Source of the DNA: Centroscyllium fabricii
Lineage: Eukaryota
Assembly (NCBI GenBank): GCA_051313645.2
Contig: JBNRSN020000011.1
Location: 930,001-994,000 of the forward strand
Reading direction: 5' to 3'
DNA length: 64,000 nucleotides
Every line of letters starts with the position of its first letter. The first letter of the stretch is position 1. The notes under the pieces are model-generated. The model was not told the DNA's origin. It was given only the letters and a program-made list of their open reading frames with translations, and did not search any database. The position numbers and the translations under genes are program-made. Below are positions 11,501-26,442 of the stretch, in pieces.

Positions 11501-14500
11501 CTACCCTGGCACTGGGCGATCAATCCCCTACCCTGTCACTGGGCGATCAATCCCCTACCCTGGCACTGGGCGATCAATCCCCTACCCTGGCACTGGGAGA
11601 TCACTCCCCTACCCTGGCACTGGGAAATAAATCCCCTACCCTGACGCTGGGCGATAAATCCCCTACCCTGGCACTGAGATGAATCCCCTACCCTAGCACT
11701 GGGAGATAAATCCCTTACCCTCTCTGGGAGATAATTTCCCTTCCCTGTCTCTGGGAGATAAATCCCCTCGTCTGGCACTGGGAGATAAATCCCCTCGTCT
11801 GGCACTGGGAGATCAATCCCCTACCCTGGCAGTGGGCGATCAATCCCCTACCCTGGCACTGCCTGATAAATCCCCATCTCTGGCACTGGGGGGTAATTCT
11901 CCTCCCCTGGCACTGGCCGATAAATCCCCTACCCTGGCACTGGAAGATTAATCCCCTACACTGGCACTGGGAGATAAATCGCCAACCCTGACTCTGGGAG
12001 ATAAATCACCAACCCTGGCACTGGGAGATCAATTCCCCACCCTGGCACTGGGAGATCAATTCCCCACCCTGGCACTGGGAGATCAATTCCCCACCCTGGC
12101 ACTGGGAGATCAATTCCCCACCCTGGCACTGGGAGATCAATTCCCCACCCTGGCACTGGGAGATCAATTCCCCACCCTGGCACTGGGAGATCAATTCCCC
12201 ACCCTGGCACTGGGAGATCAATTCCCCACCCTGGCACTGGGAGATCAATTCCCCACCCTGGCACTGGGAGATCAATTCCCCACCCTGGCACTGGGAGATC
12301 AATTCCCCACCCTGGCACTGGGAGATCAATTCCCCACCCTGGCACTGGGAGATCAATTCCCCACCCTGGCACTGGGAGATCAATTCCCCACCCTGGCACT
12401 GGGAGATCAATTCACCACCCTGGCACTGGGAGATCAATTCACCACCCCGGCACTGGGAGATCAATTCACCACCCTGGCACTTGGAGATAAATCACCAACC
12501 CTGACTCTGGGAGATAATTTCCCTCCCCTGTCTCTGGGAGATAATTTCCCTACCCTGGCACTGGGAGATCAACCCCCTACCCTGGCACTGGATGATTAAT
12601 CCCCTACCCTGGCACTGGAAGATTAATCCCCTACCCTGGCACTGGGAGATAAATCCCCCACCCTGGCACTGAGATAAATCCCCAACCCTGGCACAGAGAT
12701 AAATCCCCCTACCCTGGCACTGGGAATAAATCTCCTACCCTGGCATTGGGGATAAATCCCCTACCCTGGCACTGGGAGATAAATCCCCTACCCTGGAACT
12801 GGGAGATAAATCCCCTGCCCTGGCACTGGGGGATAAATGCCCTCGCCTGACACTGGGAGATCAACTCCCTATGCTGGCACTGGGAGATAAATCCCCTACC
12901 CTGGCGCTGGGAAATAAATCACCTACCCTGAAGCTGGGTGATAAATCCCCTACCCTGGCACTGAGATAAATCGCCTACCCTAGCACTGGGAGATAAATCC
13001 CTTACCCTCTCTGGGAGATAATTTCCCTTCCCTGGCACTGGGAGATAAATCGCCTACCCTGGCACTGGGAGATAAATTGCCTACCCTGGTACTGGGAGAT
13101 AAATCCCTAATCTGGCACTGGGCGATCAATCCCCTCCCATGGCACTGGGAGACCAATCCCCTCCCATTAAACTGGGAGATAAATCCCCTACCCTGGCACT
13201 GGGCGATCAACCCCCTATGCTGGCACTGGGAGATAAATCCCCTTCCCATGCGCTGGGAAATAAATCGCCTACCCTGAAGCTGGGCGATTAATCCCCTACC
13301 CTGAAGCTGGGCGATTAATCCCCTACCCTGGCACTGAGAGAGAAATCTCCTCCCCTAGCACTGGCAGATAAATCCTCTCCCCTGGCACTGGGGGATAAAT
13401 CACCAACCCTGGCACTGGGCGATAAATCGCCTACCCTGGCACTGGGAGATCAATCCCCTACCCTGGCACTGGGAGATAATACCCCTACCCTGGCACTGGG
13501 AGATCAATCCCCATCTCTAGCACTGGGGGATAAATCCCCTACTCTGGCATTGGGGATATATCTCCTACCCTGTAACTGGGAGATAATTGGCCTACCCTGG
13601 CACTGGGCGATCAATCCCCTACCCTGACACTGGGCGATAAATCCCCTACCTTGGCACTGGGAGATAAATCCCCTACCCTGTCACTGGGCGATCAATCCCC
13701 TACCCTGGCACTGGAAGATTAATCCCCTACCCTGGCACTGGAAGATAAATCCCCTACCCTGGCACTGGGGATAAATCCCCTACCCTGGCACTGGGAGATA
13801 AATCCCCTACCCTGGAACTGGGAGATAAATCCCCTCCCCTGGCACTGGGGGATAAATGCCCTCGCCTGACACTGGGAGATCAACCCCCTGTGCTGGCACT
13901 GGGCGATAAATCCCCTACCCTGGCGCTGGGAAATAAATCCCCTACCCTGACGTTGGGCGATAAATCCCCTAGCCTGGCACTGAGATAAATCCCCTACCCT
14001 AGCACTGGGAGATAAATCCCTTACCCTCTCTGGGAGATAATTTCCATTCCCTGTCTCTGGAAGATAATTTCCCTACCCTGGCACTGGGAGATCAATCCCC
14101 TCGTCTGGCACTGGAAGATCAATCCCCTACCCTGGCAGTGGGTGATCAATCCCCTACCCTGGCACTGGGAGATCAATCCCCTAACCTGGCACTGGGAGAT
14201 AAATTCACAACCCTGGCACTGGCCGATCAATCCCCTACCCTGGCACGGGGCGATCAATCCCCTACCCTGGCACTGGGTGATCAATCCCCTACCCTGGCAC
14301 GGGGCAATCAATCCCCTACCCTGGCACTGGGTGATCAATCCCCTACCCTGGCACTGGGCGATCAATCCCCTACCTTGGCTCTGGGCGATCAAGCCCCTAC
14401 CCTGGCACTGGGCGATCAATCCCCTACCCTGTCACTGGGCGATCAATCCCCTACCCTGGCACTGGGCGATCAATCCCCTACCCTGGCACTGGGAGATCAC

Positions 14501-17500
14501 TCCCCTACCCTGGCACTGGGCGATAAATCGCCTACACTGACACAGGGCGATAAATCCCCAACCCTGGTACTGGGGGATAAATGCCCTACCCTGGCACTGG
14601 GGATATATCCCCTACTCTGGCACTGGGAGATAAATCGCCATACCTGACACTGGGAAATACATCTCCTACCCTGTACCTGGGGGATAATTCCCCTCGCCTG
14701 GCACTGGGAGTGCAACCCCCTACCCTGGCACTGGGCGATTAATCCCCTACCCTGGGGCTGGGAGATCAATCCCCTACCCTGGCACTGGGAGATAAATCCC
14801 CTACCCTGGCACTTGGGGATAAATCCCCATCCCTGGCATAGGAAGAAAAATCCCCTACTCCGGCACGGGGGGATAAATTCCCTACCCTGGCACAGGGTGA
14901 TATATCCCCTGCCCTGGTGCTGGGAGATAAATCACCTCCCCTGGCACTGGGAGATACATCCCCTGCCCTGGCACTGGGATATAAATCCCCGACTCTGGCA
15001 CTCGGGGCTAAATCCCCCCCCCCCCCCCCACACCTCTGGCACTGGGAGATCAATCCACACCCCTGGCACTGGGGCTGGGAGAAAAATCCCCTACTCTGGC
15101 ACTGGGGGATGAACCCCCTACCCTGGCACTGACTGATAAATCCCCTACTCTGGCACTGGGGGATAATTCTCCTCCCCTGGCACTGGCCGATAAATCCCCT
15201 ACTCTGGCACTGGAAGATTAATCCCCTACCCTGGCACTGGGAGATAAATCGCCAACCCTGACTCTGGGAGATAAATCCCCTACCCTGGCACTGGGAGATC
15301 AATTCCCCACCCTGGCACTGGGAGATCAATTCCCCACCCTGGCACTGGGAGATGAATTCCCCACCCTGGCACTGGGAGATGAATTCCCCACCCTGGCACT
15401 GGGAGATGAATTCCCCACCCTGGCACTGGGAGATCAATTCCCCACCCTGGCACTGGGAGATCAATTCCCCACCCTGGCACTGGGAGATGAATTCCCCACC
15501 CTGGCACTGGGAGATCAATTCCCCACCCTGGCACTGGGAGATCAATTCCCCACCCTGGCACTGGAAGATCAATTCCCCACCCTGGCACTGGGAGATGAAT
15601 TCCCCACCCTGGCACTGGGAGATGAATTCCCCACCCTGGCACTGGGAGAACAATTCCCCACCCTGGCACTGGGAGAACAATTCCCCACCCTGGCACTGGG
15701 AGATCAATTCCCCACCCTGGCACTGGGAGATCAATTCCCCACCCTGGCACTGGGAGATCAATTCCCCACCCTGGCACTGGGAGATCAATTCCCCACCCTG
15801 GCACTGGGAGATCAATTCCCCACCCTGGCACTGGGAGATCAATTCCCCACCCTGGCACTGGGAGATCAATTCACCACCCTGGCACTGGGAGATCAATTCA
15901 TCACCCTGGCACTGGGAGATCAATTCACCACCCTGGCACTGGGAGATAAATCACCAACCCTGACTCTGGGAGATAATTTTCCTCCCCTATCTCTGGGAAA
16001 TCATTTTCCTAACCTGGCACTGGGAGATAAATCCACTCGCCTGGCACTGGGAGATCAACCCCCTACCCTGGCACTGGGAGATCAACCCCCTACCCTGGCA
16101 CTGGGCGATCAATCCCCTACCCTGGCACTGGAAGATTAATCCCCTACCCTGGCACTGGAAGATTAATCCCCTACCCTGGCACTGGAAGATTAATCCCCTA
16201 CCCTGGCACTGGGCGATCAATCCCCTACCCTGGCACTGGGTGATCCACCCCTACCCTGGCACTGGGAGATCAATCCCCTACCCTGGCACTGGGAGACCAA
16301 TCCCCAACCCTGGCACTGGGAGATCAATCCCCAAACCTGGCACTGGGAGATCAATCCCCAAACCTGGCACTGGGAGATAAATCCCCATACCTGGCTCTAG
16401 ACGATCAATCCCCTACCCTGGCACTGGGAGATCAATCCCCTAACCTGGCACTGAGATAAATTCCCCACCCTGGCACTGGAAGATAATTCCCCTACCCTGG
16501 CACTGGGAGATAAATCCCCATCTCTAGCACTGGGAGATAAATTCCCTACCCTGGCACTGGGCGATCAATCCCCTCCCCTGGCACTGGGCGATCAATCCCC
16601 TCCCCTGGCACTGGGCGATCAATCCCCTCCCCTGGCACTGGGCGATAAATCCCCTCCCCTGCCACTGGGGGATAAATCCCCTCCCCTGCCACTGGGGGAT
16701 AAATCCCCTCCCCTGGCACTGGGGGATAAATCCTCTCCCCTGGCACTGGGCGATCAATCCCCTACCCTGGCACTGGGCGATAAATGCCCTACCCTGACAC
16801 TGGGCGCTAAATCCCCTTCCCTGGCACTGGGAGATAAATCCCCATACCCTGTCACTGGGAGATAATTCCCCTACCCTGACACTGGGAGTTAAATCCCCAT
16901 CTCTAGCACTGGGAAGATAAATCCCCTACCCTGATACTGGGAAATAAATTTCCTACCCTGTACCTGGGAGATAATTGCCCTACCCTGGCACTGGGATATA
17001 AATCGCCTATCCTGGCACTGGGAGATAATTCCCCTCGCCTGGCACTGGGAGATAGATCCCCTACACTGGCACTGGGAGCTCAATCCCCTAACCTGGCACT
17101 GGGTGATAAATGTTCTCCTCTGGCACTGGGAGATCAATTCCCCACTCTGGCACTGGGAAATCAATTCCCCACCCTGGCACTGGGAGATCAATTCCCCACC
17201 CTGTCAATGGGAGATCAATCCATTACCCTGGCACTGGGAGATCAATCGCCTAGCCTGGCACTGGAAGATAAATCCCCTACCCTGGCACTGGGAGATCAAT
17301 CCCCTACCCTGGCGCTGTGAAATAAGTCCCCTCCAATGACACTGGGAGATCAATCCCCTCCCATGACACTGGGCGATATATCCCCTACCCTGGCGTTGGG
17401 CGATAAATCCCCTACTCTGGCACTGGGAGATCAGTCCCCTCTCCTGGCACTGACCGACAAATCCCCTACCCTGGCACTGGGGGTTAACCCCCTACGCTGG

Positions 17501-17933
17501 CACTGGGAGATCAATCCCATTCCCTGGGGCTGGGAGATCATTCTCCTACCCTGGTACTAGGCAATAAATCCTCTCCTCTGGCACTGCGGTTAAATCCCCT
17601 TGCCTGGCACTGGGAGATCCACCCCTACCCTGGCACTGGGAGATTAATCCCTTAACCTGGCACTGGGAGATAAATTCCCCATTCTGGCACTGGGGGATAA
17701 TTGCCCTCACCTGACACTGGGAGATTGACCCTCCTACGCTGGCACTGGAAAATAAATCCCCTACCCTGTCTCTGGGAGATAATTTCCCTACCCTTGCACT
17801 GGGAGATAAATCCCATATCCTGGCACTGGGAGATAAATCCCCTGCCCTGGTACTGGGAGATAAAACTCCTAATCTGGCACTGGGCGATCAATCCCTTCCC
17901 AGGGCACTGGGAGATCAATCCCCTCCCATTACA

Positions 17934-18168
17934 GAGAGTGGTGAGCCTGTGGAATTCCTTGCCACAGAGGGCGGTGGAGGCCAGTTCATTAAACATATTC
18001 AAGAGGGAATTAGATATATTTCTTCAAGCTAAAGGGATTAAAGGTTACGGAGAAAAGGCGGGGACGGGGTACTAGCTTACTAAAGATCAGCCATGATCTC
18101 ATTGAATGGCGGAGCAGGCTCGAAGGGCTGAATGGCCTACTCCTGCTCCTATCTTCTATGATTCTATG
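17934..18168 (+). mobile_element. 5'-truncated CR1 LINE (235 bp) inserted in the array, TSD ATTACA
   Basis: ORF2 C-terminus RVVSLWNSLPQRAVEASSLNIFKRELDIFLQAKGIKGYGEKAG, 3' UTR hairpin and TTCTATGA-type tail. ATTACA at 17928-17933 and 18169-18174. Confidence 0.95.
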
Positions 18169-21100
18169 ATTACACTGGGAGATAAATCCCCTACCCTGGC
18201 ACTGGAGGATAAATCCCCTACCCTGGCACTGGGCGATCAATCCCCTACCCTGGCACTGGGAGATCAATCCCCTACCCTGGCACTGGGCGATCAATCCCCT
18301 AATCTGGCACTGTGCGATCAATCCCCTAATTTGGCTCTGGGCGATCAATCCCCTACCCTGGCACTGGGCGATCAATCCCCTACCCTGGCACTGGGCGATC
18401 AATCCCCTACCCTGGCACTGGGCGATAAATTCCCTACCCTGGCACTGGGCGATCAATCCCCTCCCCTGGCACTGCGAGAGAAATCCCCTCCCCTGGCACT
18501 GGGAGTTAAATCCCCTCCCCTGGCACTGGGTGATAAATCCCCTCCCCTGGCATTGGGAGATCAATCCCCTACTCTGGCACTGCGCGATAAATTCCCTACA
18601 CTGACACTGGGCGATAAATCCCCTACCCTGGCACTGGGAGATAAATCCCCTACCCTGTCACTGGGAGATAAATCCCCATCCCTAGCACTGGGGAATAAAT
18701 TCCCTACCATGGCACTGGGGATATATCACCTACTCTGGCACTGGGAGATAAATCCCCTACCCTGACACTGGGAAATAAATCTCCTACCCTTTACCTGGGA
18801 GATAATTGGCCTACCCTGGCACTGGGAGATAAATCCCCTACCTTGGCACTAGGAGATAATTCCCCTCGCCTGGCACTGGGAGAGCAACCCCTTACCCTGG
18901 CACTGGGCGGTCAACCCCCTACCCTGGCACTGGGCGGTCAACCCCCAACCCTGGCACTGGGCGATCAATCCCCTACCCTGGCACTGGAAGATTAATCCCC
19001 TACCTGCCACTGGGAGATAAATCCCCTACCCTGGCACTCGGGATAAATCCCCTCACATTACACTGGGAGATAAATCCCCTACCCCGGCACTGGGCCATCA
19101 ATCCCCTACCCTGGCACTGGGCCATCAATCCCCTACCCTGGCACTGGGCGATCAATCCCCTACCCTGGCACTGGGCGATCAATCCCCTACCCTGGCACTG
19201 GGCGATCAATCCCCTACCCTGGCACTGGGCGATCGATCCCCTACCCTGGCACTGGGCGATCGATCCCCTACCCTGGCACTGGGCGATCGATCCCCTACCC
19301 TGGCACTGGGAGATCACTCCCCTACCCTGGCACTGGGCGATAAATCGCCTACCCTGACACTGCGCAATAAATCCCCAACCCTGGTACTGGGGGATAAATC
19401 CCCTACCCTGGCACTGGGGATATATCCCCTACTCTGGCACTGGGAGATAAATCCCCATAACTGACACTGGGAAATAAATCTACCCTGTACCTGGGGGATA
19501 ATTCCCCATGCCTGGCACTGGTAGTCCAACCCCCTACCCTGGCACTGGGTGATTAATCTCCTACCCTGGGGCTGGGAGATCAATCTCCTACCCTGGCACT
19601 GGGAGATAAATCCCCTACCCTGGCACTTGGGGATAAATCCCCATCCCTGGGGTAGGAAGAAAAATCCCCTACTCCGGCACTGGGGGATAAATTCCCTACC
19701 CTGGCACAGGCTGATATATCACCTGCCCTGGCACTAGGAGATACATCCCCTTCCCTGGCACTGGGGGATAAATCCCCATCCCTGGGGCTGGGAGAAAAAT
19801 CCCCTACTCTGGCGCTGAGGGATCAACCCCCTACCCTGGCACTGACTGATAAATCCCCTACTCTGGCACTGGGGGATAATTCTCCTCCCCTGGCACTGGC
19901 CGATAAATCCCCTACCCTGGCACTGGAAGATTAATCCCCTACCCTGGCACTGGGCGATCAATCCCCACCCTGGCACTGGGTGATCAATCCCCTACCCTGG
20001 CACTGGGAGATCAATCCCCTACCCTGGCACTGGGCGATCAATCCCCCATCCTGGCACTGGGCGATCAATCCCCCACCCTGGCACTGGGCGATCAATCCCC
20101 TACCCTGGCACTGGGCGATCAATCCCCTACCCTGGCACTGGGCGATCAATCCCCTACCCTGGCACTGGGCGATCAATCCCCTACCCTGGCACTGGGCGAT
20201 CAATCCACTACCCTGGCACTGGGCGATCAATCCCCTACCCTGGCACTAGGAGATAAATCCCCATCTCTAGCACTGGGAGATAAATTCCCCACCCTGGCAC
20301 TGGGAGATCAATCCCCTACCCTGACACTGGGCGATCAATCCCCTCCCCTGGCACTGGGCGATAAATCCCCTCCCCTGACACTGGGGGATAAATCCTCTCC
20401 CCTGGCACTGAGTGATCAATCCCCTACCCTGGCACTGGGCGATAAATCTCCTACCCTGGCACTGGGAGATAATTCCCCTACCCTGACACTGGGAGATAAA
20501 TCGCCATCTCTAGCACTGGGAAGATAAATCACCTACCCTGGCACTGGTGATATATCCCCTACTCTAGCACTGGGAGATAAATCCCCTACCCTGATACTGG
20601 GAAATAAATCTCCTACCCTGTACCTGGGAGATAATTGCCCTACCCTGGCACTGGGAGATAAATCGCCTATCCTGGCACTGGGAGATAGATCCCCTACACT
20701 GGCACTGGGAGCTCAATCCCCTAACCTGGCACTGGGCGATAAATGTTCTCCTCTGGCACTGGGAGATCAATTCCCCACCCTGGCCCTGGGAAATCAATTC
20801 CCCACCCTGGCACTGGGAGATCAATTCCCCACCCTGTCACTGGGCGATCAATCCATTACCCTGGCGCTGGGAGATCAATCGCCTAGCCTGGCACTGGAAG
20901 ATATATCCCCTACCCTGGCACTGGGAGATATATCCCCTACCCTGGCGTTGGGCGATAAATCCCCTACTCTGGCACTGGGAGATCAGTCCCCTCTCCTGGC
21001 ACTGACCGACAAATCGCCTACCGTGGCACTGGGGGTTAACCCCCTACGCTGGCACTGGGAGATCAATCCCATTCCCTGGGGCTGGGAGATCAATCTCCTA

Positions 21101-24100
21101 CCCTGGCACTAGGAAATAAATCCTCTCCTCTGGCACTGGGGTTAAATCCCCTTGCCTGGCACTGGGAGATCGACCCCTACCCTGGCACTGGGAGATTAAT
21201 CCCCTCCCCTGGCATTGGGAGATCAATCCCCTACCCTGGCACTGGCCGATAAATTCCCTACCCTGACACTGGGCGATAAATCCCCTACCCTGGCACTGGG
21301 AGATAAATCCCCTACCCTGTCACTGGGAGATAAATCCCCTACCCCGGCACTGGGAGATAAATCCCCATCCCTAGCACTGGGGGATAAATTCCCTACCATG
21401 GCACTGGGGATATATCACCTACTCTGGCACTGGGAGATAAATCGCCTACCCTGACACTGGGAAATAAATCTCCTACCCTTTACCTGGGAGATAATTGGCC
21501 TACCCTGGCACTGGGAGATAAATCCCCTACCCTGGCACTGGGAGATAATTCCCCTCACCTGGCACTGGGACAGCAACCCCCTACCCTGGCACTGGGCAGT
21601 CAACCCCTTACCCTGGCACTGGGCGATCAATCCCCTACCCTGGCACTGGAAGATTAATCACCTACCTGGCACTGGGAGATAAATCCCCTACCCTGGCACT
21701 GGGGATAAATCCCCTACCCTGGCACTGGGAGATCGATCCTCTCCCTGGCACTGGGAGATCAATCCCCTCCCATTACACTGGGAGATAAATCCCCTACCCC
21801 GGCACTGGGCGATCAATCCCCTACCCTGGCGCTGGGCGATCAATCCCCTACCCTGGCACTGGACAATCAATCGCCTACCCTGGCACTGTGCGATCAATCG
21901 CCTACCCTGGCACTGGGAGATCAATCCCCTACCCTGGCACTGAGCGATCAATACCCTACCATGGCACTGGGCGATCAATCCCCTACCATGGCACTGGGCG
22001 ATCAATCCCCTACCCTGGCACTGGGCGATCAATCCCCTACCCTGGCACTGGACGATCAATCCCCTACCCTGGCCCTGGGAGATAAATTCCCTACCCTGGC
22101 ACTGGGCGATCAATCCCCTACCCTGGCACTGGGAGATCAATCGCCTATTCTGGCACTGGGCGATCAATCCCCTACCCTGGCCCTGGAGATAAATCTCCTA
22201 ACCTGGCACTAGGCGATCAATCCCCTACCCTGGCACTGGGAGATCAATCCCCTACCCTGGCACTGGGAGATCAATCCCCTACCCTGGCACTGGGAGATCA
22301 ATCCCCTACCCTGACACTGGGCGATAAATCCCCTACCCTGGCACTGGGAGATAAATCCCCGACCCTGTCACTGGGAGATAAATCTCCTACCCTGTACCTG
22401 AGAGGAAATTGGCCTGCACTGGGAGATAAATCCCCTACCCTGGCACTGGGAGATAATTCCCCTCGCCTGGCACTGGGAGAGCAACCCCTGCCCTGGCACT
22501 GGGCGGTCAACCCCCTACCCTGGCACTGGGAGATAAATCCCCTACCCTGGCACTGGGGATAAATCCCCTTCCCTGGCACTGGGGATAAATCCCCTACCCT
22601 GGCACTGGGGATAAATCCCCTACCCTGGCACTGGGGATAAATCCCCTACCCTGGCACTGGGGATAAATCCCCTACCCTGGCACTGGGGATAAATCCCCTA
22701 CCCTGGCACTGGGGATAAATCCCCTACCCTGGCACTGGGGATAAATCCCCTACCCTGGCACTGGGGATAAATCCCCGACCCTGGCACTGGGAGATAGATC
22801 CTCTCCCTGGCACTGTGAGCTCAATCCCCTCCCATTACACTGGGAGATAAATCCACTACCCCGGCACTGGGCGATCAATCCCCTACCCCGGCGCTGGGCG
22901 ATCAATCCCCTACCCCGGCACTGGGCGATCAATCCCCTACCCTGGCACTGGGCGATCAATCCCCTACCCTGGCACTGGGAGATCAATCCCCTACCCTGGC
23001 ACTGGGCGATCAATCCCCTATCCTGGAGCTGGGCGATCAATCCCCTATCCTGGAGCTGGAAGATCAATCCCCTCCCATGACACCGGGAGATAAATCCCCA
23101 TCCCTGTCACTGGGAGATAATTCCCCTACCCTGGCACTGGGAGATAAATCCCCATCTCTAGAACTGGGGGATAAATCCCCTACTCTGGCACTGGGGATAT
23201 ATCTCCTACCCTGTACCTGGTAGATAATTGGCCTACCCTGGCACTGGGCGATCAATCCCCTACCCTGGCACTGGGAGATAAATCCCCTACCCTGGCACCG
23301 GGAGATAAATCCCCTAACCTGTCACTGGGAGATAAATCCCCTACCCCGGCACTGGGAGATAAATCCCCATTCCTAGCACTGGGGGATAAATTCCCTACCA
23401 TGGCACTGGGGATATATCACCTAATCTGGCACTGGGAGATAAATCCCCATACCTGATACTGGGAAATAAATCTCCTACCCTGTACATGGGAGATAATTGG
23501 CCTACCCTGGCACTGGGAGATAAATCCCCTACCCTGGCACTGGGGATAAATCCCCTACCCTGGCATTGGGAGATAGATCCTCTCCCTGGCACTGGGAGAT
23601 CAATCCCCTCCCATTACACTGGGAGATAAATCCCCTACCCCGGCACTGGACAATCAATCGCCTACCCTGGCACTGTGCGATCAATTGCCTACCCTGGCAC
23701 TGGGAGATCAATCCCCTACCCTGGCACTGGGAGATCAATACCCTACCATGGCACTGGGCGATCAATCACCTACCATGGCACTGGGAGATCAATACCCTAC
23801 CCTGGCACTGGGCGATCAATCCCCTACCCTGGCACTGGGCGATCAATCCCCTAACCTGGCACTGGGCGATCATTCCCCTACCCTGGCACTGGGAGATCAA
23901 TTCCCCACCCTGGCACTGGGAGATCAATTCCCCACCCTGGCACTGGGAGATCAATTCCCCACCCTGGCACTGGGAGATCAATTCACCACCCTGGCACTGG
24001 GAGATCAATTCATCACCCTGGCACTGGGAGATCAATTCACCACCCTGGCACTGGGAGATAAATCACCAACCCTGACTCTGGGAGATAATTTTCCTCCCCT

Positions 24101-26207
24101 ATCTCTGGGAAATAATTTTCCTAACCTGGCACTGGGAGATAAATCCACTCGCCTGGCACTGGGCGATCAATCCCCTACCCTGGCACTGGGCGATCAATAA
24201 CCTACCCTGGCACTGGGCGATCAATAACCTACCCTGGCACTGGGCGATCAATCCCCTACCCTGGCACTGGGCGATCAATCCCCTACGCTGGCACTGGGTG
24301 ATCAATCCCCTACCCTGGCACTGGGTGATCAATCCCCTACCCTGGCACTGGGCGATCAATCCCCTACCCTGGCACTGGGCGATCAATCTCCTACCCTGGC
24401 ACTGGGCGATCAATCCCCTACCCTGGCACTTGGCGATCAATCCCCTACCCTGGCACTGGGCGATCAATCCCCTACCCTGGCACTGGGTAATCAATCCCCT
24501 ACCCTGGCACTGTGCGATCAATCCCCTACCCTGGCACTGGGTGATCCACCCCTACCCTGGCACTGGGAGATCAATCCCCTACCCTGGCACTGGGAGACCA
24601 ATCCCCAACCCTGGCACTGGGAGATCAATCCCCAAACCTGGCACTGGGAGATCAATCCCCAAACCTGGCACTGGGAGATAAATCCCCATACTTGGCTCTA
24701 GACGATCAATCCCCTACCCTGGCACTGGGAGATCAATCCCCTAACCTGGCACTTAGATAAATTCCCCACCCTGGCACTGGGAGATAAATTCCCTACCCTG
24801 GCACTGGGCGATCAATCCCCTCCCCTGGCACTGGGCGATCAATCCCCTCCCCTGGCACTGGGCGATAAATCCCCTCCCCTGCCACTGGGGGATAAATCCC
24901 CTCCCCTGCCACTGGGGGATAAATCCCCTCCCCTGGCACTGGGGGATAAATCCCCTCCCCTGGCACTGGGGGATAAATCCTCTCCCCTGGCACTGGGCAA
25001 TCAATCCCCTACCCTGGCACTGGGCGATAAATACCCTACCCTGACACTGGGCGCTAAATCCCCTTCCCTGGCACTGGGAGATAAATCCCCATACCCTGTC
25101 ACTGGGAGATAATTCCCCTACCCTGACACTGGGAGTTAAATCCCCATCTCTAGCACTGGGAAGATAAATCCCCTACCCTGGCACTGGTGATATATCCCCT
25201 ACTCTAGCACTGGGAGATAAATCCCCTACCCTGATACTGGGAAATAAATTTCCTACCCTGTACCTGGGAGATAATTGCCCTACCCTGGCACTGGGATATA
25301 AATCGCCTATCCTGGCACTGGGAGATAATTCCCCTCGCCTGGCACTGGGAGATAGATCCCCTACACTGGCACTGGGAGCTCAATCCCCTAACCTGGCACT
25401 GGGTGATAAATGTTCTCCTCTGGCACTGGGAGATCAATTCCCCACTCTGGCACTGGGAAATCAATTCCCCACCCTGGCACTGGGAGATCAATTCCCCACC
25501 CTGTCAATGGGAGATCAATCCATTACCCTGGCACTGGGAGATCAATCGCCTAGCCTGGCACTGGAAGATAAATCCCCTACCCTGGCACTGGGAGATCAAT
25601 CCCCTACCCTGGCGCTGTGAAATAAGTCCCCTCCAATGACACTGGGAGATCAATCCCCTCCCATGACACTGGGCGATATATCCCCTACCCTGGCGTTGGG
25701 CGATAAATCCCCTACTCTGGCACTGGGAGATCAGTCCCCTCTCCTGGCACTGACTGACAAATCCCCTACCCTGGCACTGGGAGATCAATCCCATTCCCTG
25801 GGGCTGGGAGATCATTCTCCTACCCTGGTACTAGGCAATAAATCCTCTCCTCTGGCACTGCGGTTAAATCCCCTTGCCTGGCACTGGGAGATCCACCCCT
25901 ACCCTGGCACTGGGAGATTAATCCCTTAACCTGGCACTGGGAGATAAATTCCCCATTCTGGCACTGGGGGATAATTGCCCTCACCTGACACTGGGAGATT
26001 GACCCTCCTACGCTGGCACTGGAAAATAAATCCCCTACCCTGTCTCTGGGAGATAATTTCCCTACCCTTGCACTGGGAGATAAATCCCATATCCTGGCAC
26101 TGGGAGATAAATCCCCTGCCCTGGTACTGGGAGATAAAACTCCTAATCTGGCACTGGGCGATCAATCCCTTCCCAGGGCACTGGGAGATCAATCCCCTCC
26201 CATTACA

Positions 26208-26442
26208 GAGAGTGGTGAGCCTGTGGAATTCCTTGCCACAGAGGGCGGTGGAGGCCAGTTCATTAAACATATTCAAGAGGGAATTAGATATATTTCTTCA
26301 AGCTAAAGGGATTAAAGGTTACGGAGAAAAGGCGGGGACGGGGTACTAGCTTACTAAAGATCAGCCATGATCTCATTGAATGGCGGAGCAGGCTCGAAGG
26401 GCTGAATGGCCTACTCCTGCTCCTATCTTCTATGATTCTATG
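26208..26442 (+). mobile_element. Duplicate of the same CR1 insertion, 8274 bp downstream
   Basis: Identical by eye to 17934-18168, with the same TSD (26202-26207, 26443-26448) and the same flanking monomer variants. Confidence 0.95.
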
